Origin: Candidatus Omnitrophica bacterium UBA6253
GTDB lineage: Bacteria; Omnitrophota; Gorgyraeia; Gygaellales; Profunditerraquicolaceae
Direction of reading: 5' to 3'
DNA: 64,000 bases
Assembly: GCA_002441245.1 (NCBI GenBank)
Contig: DJVP01000012.1
Span: forward strand, 116,547-180,546
The notes beneath the pieces are model-generated. The model did no database searches, was not told where the DNA came from, and was given only the letters and a program-made list of their open reading frames with translations. A program made the position numbers and the translations under genes. Of the stretch, positions 9,882 to 21,332 are shown piece after piece (position 1 is the stretch's first letter; each line of letters starts with the position of its first letter).

Positions 9882-10922
9882 TTATCTGGTCTCTCGGGTT
9901 ACGATTGGAGTAATAGTACGCTCTTCTAATTTATCCGCGGAGGTCGCTTTAACCGGTATTACCTGTTTGCTATCCGGCAAATAATAGCGTAAGGTAAAAG
10001 TCCCGTCGGGCCTTAAATTAATCGGCTGCCCCTGCACTGTAACTTTTGCATCAGGTTCAGTAGCTCCATAGACAATTAGTTCACAATCTACTTTCATCCA
10101 AAAACTTCTCTCCTTAACTGCTTTTCTTACGGGGCTAGAGGATATGCCTGAGCTAAATAACCCCTGCTTTGTGCGTTCCTGCCAGGCACGGCCTACCGGG
10201 GAACTTTTACCCAAACCAAAACCCATACCATAAAGCCTGGCAAATATATCTTCAGGGATCATCCATTCTTCATCGGTAATCCACGACGGCCCATCCAATG
10301 GCGTCGAAACAACATTCGAACGTAAAATAGTAATAAACCTGCCATCGGTTAACATCAACCCCAAATCTACACACCAGGAACGCCCGGGGCCTGCCGTATC
10401 TATATACCAGCTGTTGGCAAAATCATTGTAATGAATATCAAAGAAACTATTGGCATTAAAACCGTTAAAGATAATATTAGTAACATCATAAACCCTTAAA
10501 ACCTTTTTTGCACGATAGAAATCGTCACCTAATTTACTCTTTAATCCTTCAATGGTTTGGTTCCTCATCTCCCAGTAAGTATGCAGCCAGCGCGGATCGC
10601 GTACCTGCAAAATAATCTTATCCTGGTCATAACAAAAAGGGAGATCCTGCAGTGCCGTACTTCTGGGGCGGGTATCTTCCGGATGAGAGAATTTTGTATT
10701 GACGGCAACAGTCTCCTGAAAACCAGGGATATCCCTAGATGCAGAAACCGCTGGACCAGAAACAGGAGATTTCTTTTTCTTCGGTTTTAAAGTTACGTTC
10801 TTGGAAGAGATGATTTTCTTTAGTTTGTCTTTTACTTTCTTTAATATTTTCATCAGCCCGCCTCCCTCTAATAAAAAAGGGGGATTATCTCCCCTTTTTA
10901 TAGAACAGTTACTTCCGTTCAT
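9882..10922 (-). CDS. Hypothetical protein with lysine-rich N-terminus (DUF4912-like partner of GH57?)
   Basis: Lies immediately downstream of the GH57 enzyme and has no catalytic motifs I recognise. DUF4912 assignment is from memory of typical GH57 neighbourhoods. Confidence 0.4.
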   Translation of the reverse strand: MNGSNCSIKRGDNPPFLLEGGGLMKILKKVKDKLKKIISSKNVTLKPKKKKSPVSGPAVSASRDIPGFQETVAVNTKFSHPEDTRPRSTALQDLPFCYDQDKIILQVRDPRWLHTYWEMRNQTIEGLKSKLGDDFYRAKKVLRVYDVTNIIFNGFNANSFFDIHYNDFANSWYIDTAGPGRSWCVDLGLMLTDGRFITILRSNVVSTPLDGPSWITDEEWMIPEDIFARLYGMGFGLGKSSPVGRAWQERTKQGLFSSGISSSPVRKAVKERSFWMKVDCELIVYGATEPDAKVTVQGQPINLRPDGTFTLRYYLPDSKQVIPVKATSADKLEERTITPIVTRETR

Positions 10923-10938
10923 TCAATCTCCCCTTATT

Positions 10939-11262
10939 TCATTTTTTAGTTACCCTTTGCAACTCATCTTTCAAGCCTTGATTTGCCAGCTGCTCTTGAA
11001 CTAAAATTCTTTTGTTTTCCTCAAGCGCTGCTTTTATCTCTTCAGCCTCTTTTTCCTTTGCCTTGACCTTTTCTTCTAAAGCTGACCTCTCCTGGGAGAA
11101 TTTGTTCATCTTTTCTTCAAGCTGAAGACGCGCAACCATCTCTTTATCGCGGCCAGCTTTTTGGCGCATCGCGTTATTGTATGAACTGATTGTCCCAAAC
11201 AATAATACCGACGATAATATAGCTAAGATAATTACTATGCGATTCTTTAAACCATTCTCCAT
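10939..11262 (-). CDS. Small membrane-anchored coiled-coil protein
   Basis: N-terminal TM segment followed by an E/K-rich heptad-like sequence. Sits directly upstream of an OmpA-family gene. Confidence 0.5.
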   Translation of the reverse strand: MENGLKNRIVIILAILSSVLLFGTISSYNNAMRQKAGRDKEMVARLQLEEKMNKFSQERSALEEKVKAKEKEAEEIKAALEENKRILVQEQLANQGLKDELQRVTKK

Positions 11263-11265
11263 GGT

Positions 11266-11931
11266 TTATTTAAGGTTCTCTTTAGGCTCTTTGAGCCCGG
11301 TTGAATCCGCATTAAGATCGCCCTTGGAATCACCTTTAATCTTGGTAATATTAGGCAGTATGACAATCTCTACCCTGCGGTTCTGCTTGCGGCCATATGC
11401 GGTTTCGTTAGAATCTACAGGACGATATTCTCCGTAACCGATCGCGGATAAACGTTCGGGCGCAATCCCCTGATCCTTAACTAAATAGTGCAATACACTT
11501 AAGGCACGGGCAGTAGAAAGCTCCCAGTTAGACTTCCAACCTGAAAGCTTAATCGGGACATTATCAGTGTGGCCTTCAATACCGACATTAAATTGTGCCA
11601 TATTATCTTTTAATATCGCCGATACTTTATCTAATAAAGAATACGCCTCAGGCCTGATCTTGGACTTTCCGGAATCAAACAAAAGGTCCCCTACGACGGT
11701 AATAACCAGCCCTTTTTCCATCATTTGGAGTTTTATTTGTTTATCATTTATCTCCTGGCCTAACTTCTGCTCAAGCATCCCCTTAGAGCGCAAAAGCTCA
11801 TCCAACTGGGCATTCAACTCCTCGATTTTCTGGGCGTCAGAACGCCTGCCTTTCTGAAAAACAAAACTGCATCCGGATAATCCTAAGATTATGAATAAAA
11901 CCAGTGCGAATTTAAAGAAAGTATTTCTCAT
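11266..11931 (-). CDS. OmpA-family peptidoglycan-binding lipoprotein (Pal/MotB-like)
   Basis: Lipobox LSGC, then an OmpA-like domain: GHTDNVPI...NWELSTARALSV...NRRVEIVI. Confidence 0.8.
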   Translation of the reverse strand: MRNTFFKFALVLFIILGLSGCSFVFQKGRRSDAQKIEELNAQLDELLRSKGMLEQKLGQEINDKQIKLQMMEKGLVITVVGDLLFDSGKSKIRPEAYSLLDKVSAILKDNMAQFNVGIEGHTDNVPIKLSGWKSNWELSTARALSVLHYLVKDQGIAPERLSAIGYGEYRPVDSNETAYGRKQNRRVEIVILPNITKIKGDSKGDLNADSTGLKEPKENLK

Positions 11932-12027
11932 TTTAATTCTCCTTGGCCCTTGGCCTGTTTACTTGAAATTGAAATTTAAATATAACATAACCCCCTATTC
12001 TAGTCAAGAGTTTTATCAGGCTACAAC

Positions 12028-13308
<1,281 letters not shown>

Positions 13309-14547
13309 TTATGGTGTCATCGTAAAAATCTTATGCGCGATATCCGGATACCTGGCGATAAAATTCAACTCATCATCAACCAAGGGTTTCTGGTTATGCA
13401 CGTTAGCATACCTGACTAATTCCAATATACGCGTGGCCTCGGCATCATCCTTAAAAGGTACCTCCAGTTTTTCATAAACATTGCGGAAACCCTTGATGCC
13501 AGAATATTCTCCAGCAGTGATCTTTCTGCCTGTCTCAATTATTTCCGGCTCTCCCCGGCCAAGCTCCTCATAATCATAAAGTTCGTAATTGCGCCTGTCT
13601 TTCAATGCACCGTCGGCATGGATCCCCGATTCATGGGCAAAGGCATTAGCACCCACACCGGGCTGATTAATCGGGATCGGCACGCCAAAGGCATAAGAAG
13701 CATATTTACATATTTTCCAAGCCATCTTTAAATCCACCTTCTCGTCTAAATGATAACCCTGCATACCCTGGCCGAATTTAATTGCCAAAATTACCGAAAC
13801 CAGGTCAGCATTACCCGCACGTTCCCCCATGCCATTAACACAAGTATTAATATAAGCGTCTACGCCGGCATCATTGGCTGCTTTAGCTCCGGCAATGGAA
13901 TTAGCCACTACCAAACCCAAATCGTTGTGGCAATGGACCTCAATAGGCAAATTAACCGCTTCAGCGAGCGACTTTATACGCTCATAAATACTAAAAGGAG
14001 TATCACATCCTAACGTATCGCAGTAACGAATCCTTCCTGCGCCGGCATTTTTGGCTTTAACAGCAAAATCAATCAGGTATTTTATATCGGTACGCGAAGC
14101 ATCTTCGGCGTTTACCCCGACGGTCTCTGCGCCTAATTTTATTGCCTCCCCTACCGCCTCCTCCATCTCCTGGATTACCGATTGATGATCTAATTTACCT
14201 TTAAATTTATGGATAATCATCTGGTCGCTGGTAGAGATAGAAAGATTTATGTATTTTAAATGCGGCACCAGTTTAAAGGCAGCTTTTACATCCTCTTTTG
14301 TCGCACGTAACCAGCCGCTTAACCTGATATTAGAAAACCCCCCTAATTTAATCAATTCTAAATTAGCATTAAGGTAATTTGTTTCATGGCGAGTGAGCGG
14401 GAAACCAAACTCCGATTGAAAAACTCCCATTTGATCCAGATACCAGTTAATCATAGTTTTCTGCAGTTTCGACAAACAGATACGCGAGGTCTGTACCCCG
14501 TCGCGATTAGTTACATCAAGCAGATAAATCTTATGTTTATGTGTCAT
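13309..14547 (-). CDS. HMGL-like DRE-TIM metallolyase (homocitrate/citramalate/isopropylmalate synthase family, short form)
   Basis: LLDVTNRDGVQ, HCHNDLGL, GERAGNA and AHESGIHADG motifs with no LeuA C-terminal regulatory domain. The ORF could extend to 14583. Confidence 0.65.
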   Translation of the reverse strand: MTHKHKIYLLDVTNRDGVQTSRICLSKLQKTMINWYLDQMGVFQSEFGFPLTRHETNYLNANLELIKLGGFSNIRLSGWLRATKEDVKAAFKLVPHLKYINLSISTSDQMIIHKFKGKLDHQSVIQEMEEAVGEAIKLGAETVGVNAEDASRTDIKYLIDFAVKAKNAGAGRIRYCDTLGCDTPFSIYERIKSLAEAVNLPIEVHCHNDLGLVVANSIAGAKAANDAGVDAYINTCVNGMGERAGNADLVSVILAIKFGQGMQGYHLDEKVDLKMAWKICKYASYAFGVPIPINQPGVGANAFAHESGIHADGALKDRRNYELYDYEELGRGEPEIIETGRKITAGEYSGIKGFRNVYEKLEVPFKDDAEATRILELVRYANVHNQKPLVDDELNFIARYPDIAHKIFTMTP

Positions 14548-14606
14548 ATTTACTCCTTGCCCAAAAAGGGTAGGCCCGCGCAATTCCTTATAAACGCGGG
14601 GCGTTG

Positions 14607-16328
14607 TTATTCTTTTATTATTTTTCTGAGTTCTTTTTTATCCGGCACCCCGTGCGAAGAAAATATCTGATAGTTATCTAAAAGATAACTCAGGCCAAAA
14701 CTAACCTGCACCTCTTTATTTAAAGCAATATTTTCCTTGAGCAAGAGCGTGCCTTCCGGCCCTTTAGCACAGGTTCGTATTTTTTGCGCGTCAGCCTCGG
14801 GAAGGCAATCCTCCCACCATGAACTATTAATATTCTTGGCGCGACAGATTAGATAATCCCAGAACTTCTGCGGATAATACTTCTGAATGCAACAGCTGCG
14901 CAGGTATTCCTCTGTTTCAAATAAACCGTTCCTAGTATCAAAACTATTCCCCTTCTCTACTGCCAGAAAGTGCAAACTTGGTTTAAATTCCCTTAACACC
15001 GAGAGAAGGCCTGCGGCATCTTTATCAAATATACTGAAAAACAAATCCAGGTTCCCCTTTCTAGGCTGGCGATTAATAAAATAAGATACCCCGCTTACCT
15101 GGGGCTTAAGCAGATATAAGCCGTCAATTAACTCCAGATTATTCTTAAAGTTGTCAAAATTATTTTCTTTTTCTACATCCTTGCCGATAATGTAAGCCGG
15201 TAAAAACTTAATTGATAAATTCTTGATCAACCCTTGAGCCCGCTCCAAATCAACATATTCAGCACTAATACCGGGAAATTGTTTTCTCAACAGTTCTATG
15301 ACCGGCTCCGTATTGCAGACAACACAGTCTTTAGAGCTTATTACAATCAAGTTCAGTTTATTCGGTTCAGGAAACAAACAGCTGGCCTTAAGTTCACCCG
15401 GGTTATGACAGCTACCGGCCAATCCATCCTTCTTACAGTTAGCATCGGAATAACAACGCGGCAGGATCGCCAGTATATCAGGATCATCGGCAATCTTATC
15501 TGACAAACGGATCTCTTCGGTTTTGCAGTTCAAAAGCTTGCCGCCTTTAACTTCTAGTGTCAGCTTCCCGAGCTTGCGCCCCTGCCAGGAAGGATGCACA
15601 ATAAAAGTGGAACCCACTTTAGTTTCCACGTCCTCTTTTATCGGATTAGACCCCCTAAAAAGTATATCTATATCCTTAACTTCAGAAATTAAATCCGAGT
15701 CTTCTTTTATACCCAAAGTACTTAAAACAATCACTACCTCCACACCTTCATTCTTAAGGCGGCTGACCAGCTGACCTATTGCTTTAGGCGCTGTAATCTT
15801 TAAACCTTCTGATTTCTGGCTGGCGGCTAGATTAGTCAAACCGATAATCCCGATCTTTACCCCGGAAACCTGTTTGACAATATACGGCTCCACTTTATCC
15901 GAATCTAAATTAACGCTTAAAAAGGCGGGATTGCTTTTCCTGGCGTTCTTTAGAAAGAAATCCTTGCCGAAATTAAACTCATCGCCGCTTATGCCAACCG
16001 CATCATAGCGCATCAACTCCATAGCCTTGAAGTTTACTTCAGAACGCTGCATATCCAACCGGGTATTCTGAGTATATTCATCCATCGGGCCTCCGGCGGT
16101 AAAAGCACCGCAGTCTAAAAGCAAAAGCCCCGGAAATTTCTTTCTTAATTCTTTTACCAGCGAAGCCCTGCGGGCAAGTCCGCCATCACGCTCTATAGGA
16201 CAGCTACAGGTATAAAGCATGGCATGGGTATTGCCGGTATAAAGTATAGTTATTTCTTTTGCGCAAAGATTGCCGGCACTCAATGCCAACAGTACAAAGA
16301 TAAAGAATATAGCTTTAACGCTTTTCAT
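14607..16328 (-). CDS. Secreted multidomain protein: 5'-nucleotidase/metallophosphatase-like N-domain with degenerate metal ligands plus Cys-rich thioredoxin-like C-terminal region
   Basis: Signal peptide. ITILYTGNTHAM...GGLARRASLV...LLLDCGA...GDEFN resembles the UshA/SoxB-type fold, but H/D ligands are replaced. C-terminal DCVVC and multiple Cys pairs. Confidence 0.5.
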   Translation of the reverse strand: MKSVKAIFFIFVLLALSAGNLCAKEITILYTGNTHAMLYTCSCPIERDGGLARRASLVKELRKKFPGLLLLDCGAFTAGGPMDEYTQNTRLDMQRSEVNFKAMELMRYDAVGISGDEFNFGKDFFLKNARKSNPAFLSVNLDSDKVEPYIVKQVSGVKIGIIGLTNLAASQKSEGLKITAPKAIGQLVSRLKNEGVEVVIVLSTLGIKEDSDLISEVKDIDILFRGSNPIKEDVETKVGSTFIVHPSWQGRKLGKLTLEVKGGKLLNCKTEEIRLSDKIADDPDILAILPRCYSDANCKKDGLAGSCHNPGELKASCLFPEPNKLNLIVISSKDCVVCNTEPVIELLRKQFPGISAEYVDLERAQGLIKNLSIKFLPAYIIGKDVEKENNFDNFKNNLELIDGLYLLKPQVSGVSYFINRQPRKGNLDLFFSIFDKDAAGLLSVLREFKPSLHFLAVEKGNSFDTRNGLFETEEYLRSCCIQKYYPQKFWDYLICRAKNINSSWWEDCLPEADAQKIRTCAKGPEGTLLLKENIALNKEVQVSFGLSYLLDNYQIFSSHGVPDKKELRKIIKE

Positions 16329-17911
16329 GTCCTGATAACTTTTACGGTTAAGATATTTTCTAATTCACGTATTTTATCCTGAATCTCCGGGCTAACCAGG
16401 CTATCTACATTTAAAACACTAATCGCCTTTCCCCCCTGTTGATCCCTGCCGAAGGTCATCGCGGCGATATTAATGCCGTTCTTGCCCATAAGTGTTCCCA
16501 GGCTCCCTATCAAACCGGGTTTATCCCAGTTGCGGATAAAGACCATTTCGCCAATCGGATATAACTCAAGGTAATAATCGTCAATCTTGACAATCCTCGG
16601 CTGTTTATTGCTGGAAAGCGTTCCAAAAACTTTTTTTACCTCTTTATCCGTCTTAATCTCTAGCTGGATAAGATTGACAAATTCCCCTTCTTGAGCCGAC
16701 TTTGATTCACGCAGTTTTATTCCTCTTTCCTTAAGCAAGGATACGGCGTTAACAAAATTTACTGTCTCCTTTAATATCGGTTCAAGCACGCCCTTAGCCA
16801 AAGCCATAGTTACAGGGCTTAAATCATACTTAGTAATTTCGCCGCTGTAATTTATAATTAACTCCTGGAACCTCCCCTCTACAAGCTGGGCAGTAAACAT
16901 ACCAAGTTTTTCCCCTAAATTAATATAAGGATTAAGAATTTTACAAACCTCCGCCTCCAAACATGGATAATTAGCGGCATTGCGTATGCCCTTGCCTAAA
17001 AGGGCGTCGCGCACAATCTCTGCTACTTCAATTGCCACGTTGACCTGAGCCTCCTCGGTAGAAGCGCCCAGATGCGGAGTAATAACTACATTATCGAGTT
17101 TTAAAAGTTCGTTCTCTGCGGAAAGCGGCTCATTTTCAAAAACATCCATTGCCGCCCCGGATACCTTTTGCTCTTTTAATGCCTTAACTAAAGCTGCCTC
17201 ATCAATTATCCCTCCACGGGCGCAATTTATTATACGCACCCCTTTTTTCATTAAGGCAAATTCTTTGTCAGAAATCATATGCCGGGTTTCATCAGTTAGC
17301 GGGGTATGCACTGTGATATAATCTGCCTCCTGCAGGACTTTTTTTAATTCCGCGATCTCAACCCCAATGCTCTCGGCAACCTCAGCCGACAAAAACGGAT
17401 CATACGCTAATATCTTCATTCCAAACGATAAAGCACGCTTGGCCACTTCTGAACCAATACGGCCAAAACCTACTATGCCAAGGGTTTTTCCATAGAGCTC
17501 TACACCCATAAACTTTGAACGCTTCCATTCCCCCTTCTTAGTTGAGGCATTCGCCTGCGGGATATTCCTGGAAAGGGCAAGGATCATACTAAAGGTATGC
17601 TCAGCGGTAGAAATAGTATTGCCCGCCGGAGTATTCATCACAATAATCCCTTTTTGCGTAGCTGCCTCCAAATCCACATTGTCAAGTCCGACCCCGGCGC
17701 GGCCGACAACCTTCAGTTTTTTAGCTGCCTGAATTATATCGCTGGTTACTTTGGTTGCGCTACGCACTACCAAAGCATCATAATCCTTGATGATCTCCTT
17801 TAGGGTATCCGGCTTTAAATCTGTCTTTACATCCACGACAAGTTCCTTGGATTCCCTAAACACCTTAATCCCCTCTTCTGACAATGCATCACTAACCAAG
17901 ACCTTGATCAT
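16325..17911 (-). CDS. serA: D-3-phosphoglycerate dehydrogenase with C-terminal ACT domain
   Basis: 2-hydroxyacid dehydrogenase motifs (GxGxxG, catalytic His), C-terminal ACT, 528 aa. Confidence 0.9.
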   Translation of the reverse strand: MIKVLVSDALSEEGIKVFRESKELVVDVKTDLKPDTLKEIIKDYDALVVRSATKVTSDIIQAAKKLKVVGRAGVGLDNVDLEAATQKGIIVMNTPAGNTISTAEHTFSMILALSRNIPQANASTKKGEWKRSKFMGVELYGKTLGIVGFGRIGSEVAKRALSFGMKILAYDPFLSAEVAESIGVEIAELKKVLQEADYITVHTPLTDETRHMISDKEFALMKKGVRIINCARGGIIDEAALVKALKEQKVSGAAMDVFENEPLSAENELLKLDNVVITPHLGASTEEAQVNVAIEVAEIVRDALLGKGIRNAANYPCLEAEVCKILNPYINLGEKLGMFTAQLVEGRFQELIINYSGEITKYDLSPVTMALAKGVLEPILKETVNFVNAVSLLKERGIKLRESKSAQEGEFVNLIQLEIKTDKEVKKVFGTLSSNKQPRIVKIDDYYLELYPIGEMVFIRNWDKPGLIGSLGTLMGKNGINIAAMTFGRDQQGGKAISVLNVDSLVSPEIQDKIRELENILTVKVIRT

Positions 17912-17916
17912 TTTAT

Positions 17917-19059
17917 TTACTCCTTTTTCAAGAAAGTTTCTTCTGCCGCCTTAACCCCTGTGCCCAGCTCAAATGCATAACCTAGTTCCTTTAAAACTTT
18001 TTCAAGGCAGGCAATACCGGCGATAATATCAAACTCTTCAATAAACCCCATATGGGCAAATCTGAATACCTTGCCTTTTAATTCCGCCTGGCCTCCGGCA
18101 ATAGTTACTCCATAAACATCACGCATAGTTTTGACTAATTTTTCTCCGTCAATACCTGCGGGGACTTTTACCGCGGTTACCACATCCGAAGCAGCGGTCG
18201 GCGCGAATAACTCCAGGCCCAACGCCTTCATCGCCGCTTTAGTAGCACAAGCCATAACCTTATGGCGGTTGAATATCTTTTCCAAACCGTCCTGTTTCAT
18301 CATCCTCAATACTTCCACCAAGGCAACTATCAGAGAAATAGCCGGGGTAAAAGGTGTATCTGTCTTTTGGATGGCCTTCCTGGCCAATGTCAAATCAAAA
18401 TAATACCGCGGACTCTTTGAAACAGAAATCATCTCCCATGCCTTTTTGCTTACGCTTATAAAGGCAAGCCCGGGAGGAAGCATAAAACCTTTTTGCGAAC
18501 CTGAAACACACACATCAACACCCCAGGCGTCAGTTTTTAAATCAATGGCTCCCAGGCCGCTGATCGCATCAACTACTAAAACTGCCTTATATTTACTAAC
18601 CACCTTGCCAATCGCTTCGATATCGCTGGCGACGCCGGTTGAAGTTTCGCAAAGAGTGGTAAAAACAGCCTTTATATTAGGGTTATCCTTAAGCCGTTTT
18701 TCAATATCTTTAGGATCCACTGCCTTGCCCCACTGGACCTTAATCACATCCGCCGAAATACCATACCCCTTGCATATCTCAGTCCAGCGTTCCCCGAATT
18801 TACCACTCTCTACGGAGATCACAGCATCCTGCGCTGAAAGCAGATTAACTACCGCTGCCTCCATCGCCCCTGTACCGGAAGAGGTAAGTATAAAGACATC
18901 GGATTCTGTCTGAAATATATACTTTAGTCCTTCAGTAGCTTCTTTAAGTATCGCCTGAAACTGCGGGGTGCGGTGATGAATAATCGGTTTACCTAATGCC
19001 TGGCATACCTCAGGCGGCAACGGAGTCGGACCAGGCGTTAACAAATAATTTTTTCTCAT
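17917..19059 (-). CDS. Class V aminotransferase (phosphoserine / serine-pyruvate aminotransferase type)
   Basis: LLTPGPTPLPPEV N-terminus typical of AGXT/archaeal-type SerC. Adjacent to serA. Confidence 0.75.
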   Translation of the reverse strand: MRKNYLLTPGPTPLPPEVCQALGKPIIHHRTPQFQAILKEATEGLKYIFQTESDVFILTSSGTGAMEAAVVNLLSAQDAVISVESGKFGERWTEICKGYGISADVIKVQWGKAVDPKDIEKRLKDNPNIKAVFTTLCETSTGVASDIEAIGKVVSKYKAVLVVDAISGLGAIDLKTDAWGVDVCVSGSQKGFMLPPGLAFISVSKKAWEMISVSKSPRYYFDLTLARKAIQKTDTPFTPAISLIVALVEVLRMMKQDGLEKIFNRHKVMACATKAAMKALGLELFAPTAASDVVTAVKVPAGIDGEKLVKTMRDVYGVTIAGGQAELKGKVFRFAHMGFIEEFDIIAGIACLEKVLKELGYAFELGTGVKAAEETFLKKE

Positions 19060-19071
19060 TTCTCACTCCTC

Positions 19072-19695
19072 TTATTTTATTTTCTTGTTGTTTAATACCA
19101 CTTCATCAATTATTCCGTAATCCTTTGCTTCTTTAGCGGACATAAAATAATCCCTGTCAGTATCCTTCTGTATTTTCTCCAGCGGCTGAGAAGTATGGTG
19201 CACAAGGATGTTATTAATTTTATCACGTAGGGTTAAGATCTCCTTAGCCTGTATAGATATATCGGCAGCCGCCCCTTGCACCCCGCCCCAGGGCTGATGG
19301 ATCATTACCCGTGAATTAGGAAGCACAAAGCGCTTTCCCTTGGTACCCGCTGCCAGCAAAACCGCCCCCATACTGGCTGCCTGCCCCACGCAATAGGTTG
19401 CCACATCGCATTTTATAAATTGCATAGTATCGTATATGGCAAGGCCCGCAGTAACCGAACCACCGGGAGAATTAATATAGACATTGATATCTTTATCCTT
19501 GTCTTCCATCTGCAAGAAAAGCATCTGGGCCATCACAAGATTTGCCACATAATCATCAATAGGCGTGCCGATAAAAACAATGCGGTCCTTTAAAAGACGC
19601 GAGTAAATATCATAAGCGCGCTCGTAACCCCGGGCAGTCTGCTCAATTACCATGGGAACTAATGTCTGCATTTTTGTCTCCATCATTTCCTCCAT
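19072..19695 (-). CDS. clpP: ATP-dependent Clp protease proteolytic subunit
   Basis: [19 protein letters not shown]...AASMGA...MIHQP catalytic triad context. Confidence 0.95.
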   Translation of the reverse strand: MEEMMETKMQTLVPMVIEQTARGYERAYDIYSRLLKDRIVFIGTPIDDYVANLVMAQMLFLQMEDKDKDINVYINSPGGSVTAGLAIYDTMQFIKCDVATYCVGQAASMGAVLLAAGTKGKRFVLPNSRVMIHQPWGGVQGAAADISIQAKEILTLRDKINNILVHHTSQPLEKIQKDTDRDYFMSAKEAKDYGIIDEVVLNNKKIK

Positions 19696-19696
19696 T

Positions 19697-20575
19697 TTAA
19701 TGGGTCTCCTGCCAATCCGCCTCGCTTAACAAAAACTCCATCACCTTGGCCGGCATATGGTCATCTATAGGCATGCCTTCTTTTTTGGCAATCTGAGCTA
19801 AAACTAAATAAATCTTAACCTGTTTTTTAGCCTGCGGCTGAATCCCCTCCGCAATCAGTTTCTCCTGCTCCTCAATTTTATCCCGGGGAACCCCCTTCAT
19901 TGCCAAATCAATCTTTGTCTGCCGCAGCATATCCTGGGCCTGCCGGTTAACCAGGCTCTCCGGAACTTTAAATTCCAAATCTTTAAGCAGGTTCTCAATT
20001 AATTCACTTTCAATACGCTGACGCTCTTGATTTTCCTTGGTAATAAAAATCTGCCTCTCCACCGCTTTTTCAAATTCCGAAAGGTTCGGATAACCCAAAG
20101 AACGGCTAAATTTATCGTCTAAAGTTTCCGCCTTACGCGACTCCTTAACGGAATCAATCTGTTTCTTTACCTCATCGGCAGTTACCGTCACTGCCTTGAA
20201 ATTTATCTTCATTTTTCTATAATCTTTAACCGCAATCTCCGGAGTAACCTCTACAACCGCTTTAAAAGAAAGGTTGCTGCGGTCCAACTTCACATCAGTT
20301 ATCTGCGGTAATTCAATCACATCAAGCTTTTCTGCTGCAATTGCCTGATTATATACATCAGGAACCAGCTCCTTCAATACCTGTTCATGTACCGAAGCAG
20401 CGTAATGTTTCTCTAAAACATCCCGCGGAGCCTTACCCGGGCGAAAACCCGGGACCTTTGCTTCTTTGGCAACCTGAGAGAAAACTTCTTCAAATTTATT
20501 TTTAATTAACTCACCGCTAACCGCTACGCTTAATTCACATTTAGTGCTATCCAACTTCCTTACTTCAGTTTTCAT
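19697..20575 (-). CDS. tig: Trigger factor, short form lacking the PPIase domain
   Basis: GFRPGKAP ribosome-binding motif plus C-terminal chaperone-arm region. Only 292 aa. Conserved tig-clpP synteny. Confidence 0.7.
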   Translation of the reverse strand: MKTEVRKLDSTKCELSVAVSGELIKNKFEEVFSQVAKEAKVPGFRPGKAPRDVLEKHYAASVHEQVLKELVPDVYNQAIAAEKLDVIELPQITDVKLDRSNLSFKAVVEVTPEIAVKDYRKMKINFKAVTVTADEVKKQIDSVKESRKAETLDDKFSRSLGYPNLSEFEKAVERQIFITKENQERQRIESELIENLLKDLEFKVPESLVNRQAQDMLRQTKIDLAMKGVPRDKIEEQEKLIAEGIQPQAKKQVKIYLVLAQIAKKEGMPIDDHMPAKVMEFLLSEADWQETH

Positions 20576-20609
20576 TTGAATCCTTTCTTATTTTAATTAT
20601 ATAATATAC

Positions 20610-21332
20610 TTACATTCTAAACTTCTCGCCCAGATAAACCTCGCGCGCGCGCGGATGGTTAATCAGCTCATGCGCCGAACCCGATATGAGAATCGCTCCA
20701 TCAGCAATCAAATAAGCCCGGTCAGTTATAGCCAGGGTTTCGCGCACATTATGGTCGGTTAATAAAATCCCAAGCCCTTTTGCCCTCAGTTCTTTAATGA
20801 TCTCTTGAGCCTCATTGACAACTATAGGGTCAATACCGGAAAAAGGCTCATCCAAAAGTATAAAAGAAGGGTTGGTTACTAGCGCCCGGGTAATCTCAAG
20901 CCTACGCCTTTCCCCTCCGCTTAAGGTATATGCCTTATTTTTTGCCAAATGCGCGATATTTAATTCTTCAAGCAAAGAAACAAGCCTGCGTTTTCTCTGC
21001 GGCCGGCTCAAAGGCAGAGTTTCAAGAATCGCGTTTATATTCTCCGCCACTGTCAGCTTGCGGAATATCGAAGCCTCCTGAGAAAGGTATCCTATGCCAA
21101 AACGCGCCCGCTCATGGATAGGCAGATTCGTAATTTCATGGTTATCAAAAACAATCGTGCCGCGATTTGGAGGCACAATTCCTACAATCATATAGAATGT
21201 CGTGGTTTTTCCTGCCCCATTAGGCCCAAGCAAACCGACAATCTCACCGCGCTTAACGGTAATATCTACACCATTAACAACAGTCCGGCCATCGTACGAC
21301 TTAGCTAAACCTTTAGTTTCTAAAAGCTGCAT
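20610..21332 (-). CDS. lptB: LPS export ABC transporter ATP-binding protein
   Basis: Walker A GPNGAGKTT, LSGGERRRLEI signature, 240 aa. Adjacent to an OstA-like gene. Confidence 0.85.
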   Translation of the reverse strand: MQLLETKGLAKSYDGRTVVNGVDITVKRGEIVGLLGPNGAGKTTTFYMIVGIVPPNRGTIVFDNHEITNLPIHERARFGIGYLSQEASIFRKLTVAENINAILETLPLSRPQRKRRLVSLLEELNIAHLAKNKAYTLSGGERRRLEITRALVTNPSFILLDEPFSGIDPIVVNEAQEIIKELRAKGLGILLTDHNVRETLAITDRAYLIADGAILISGSAHELINHPRAREVYLGEKFRM

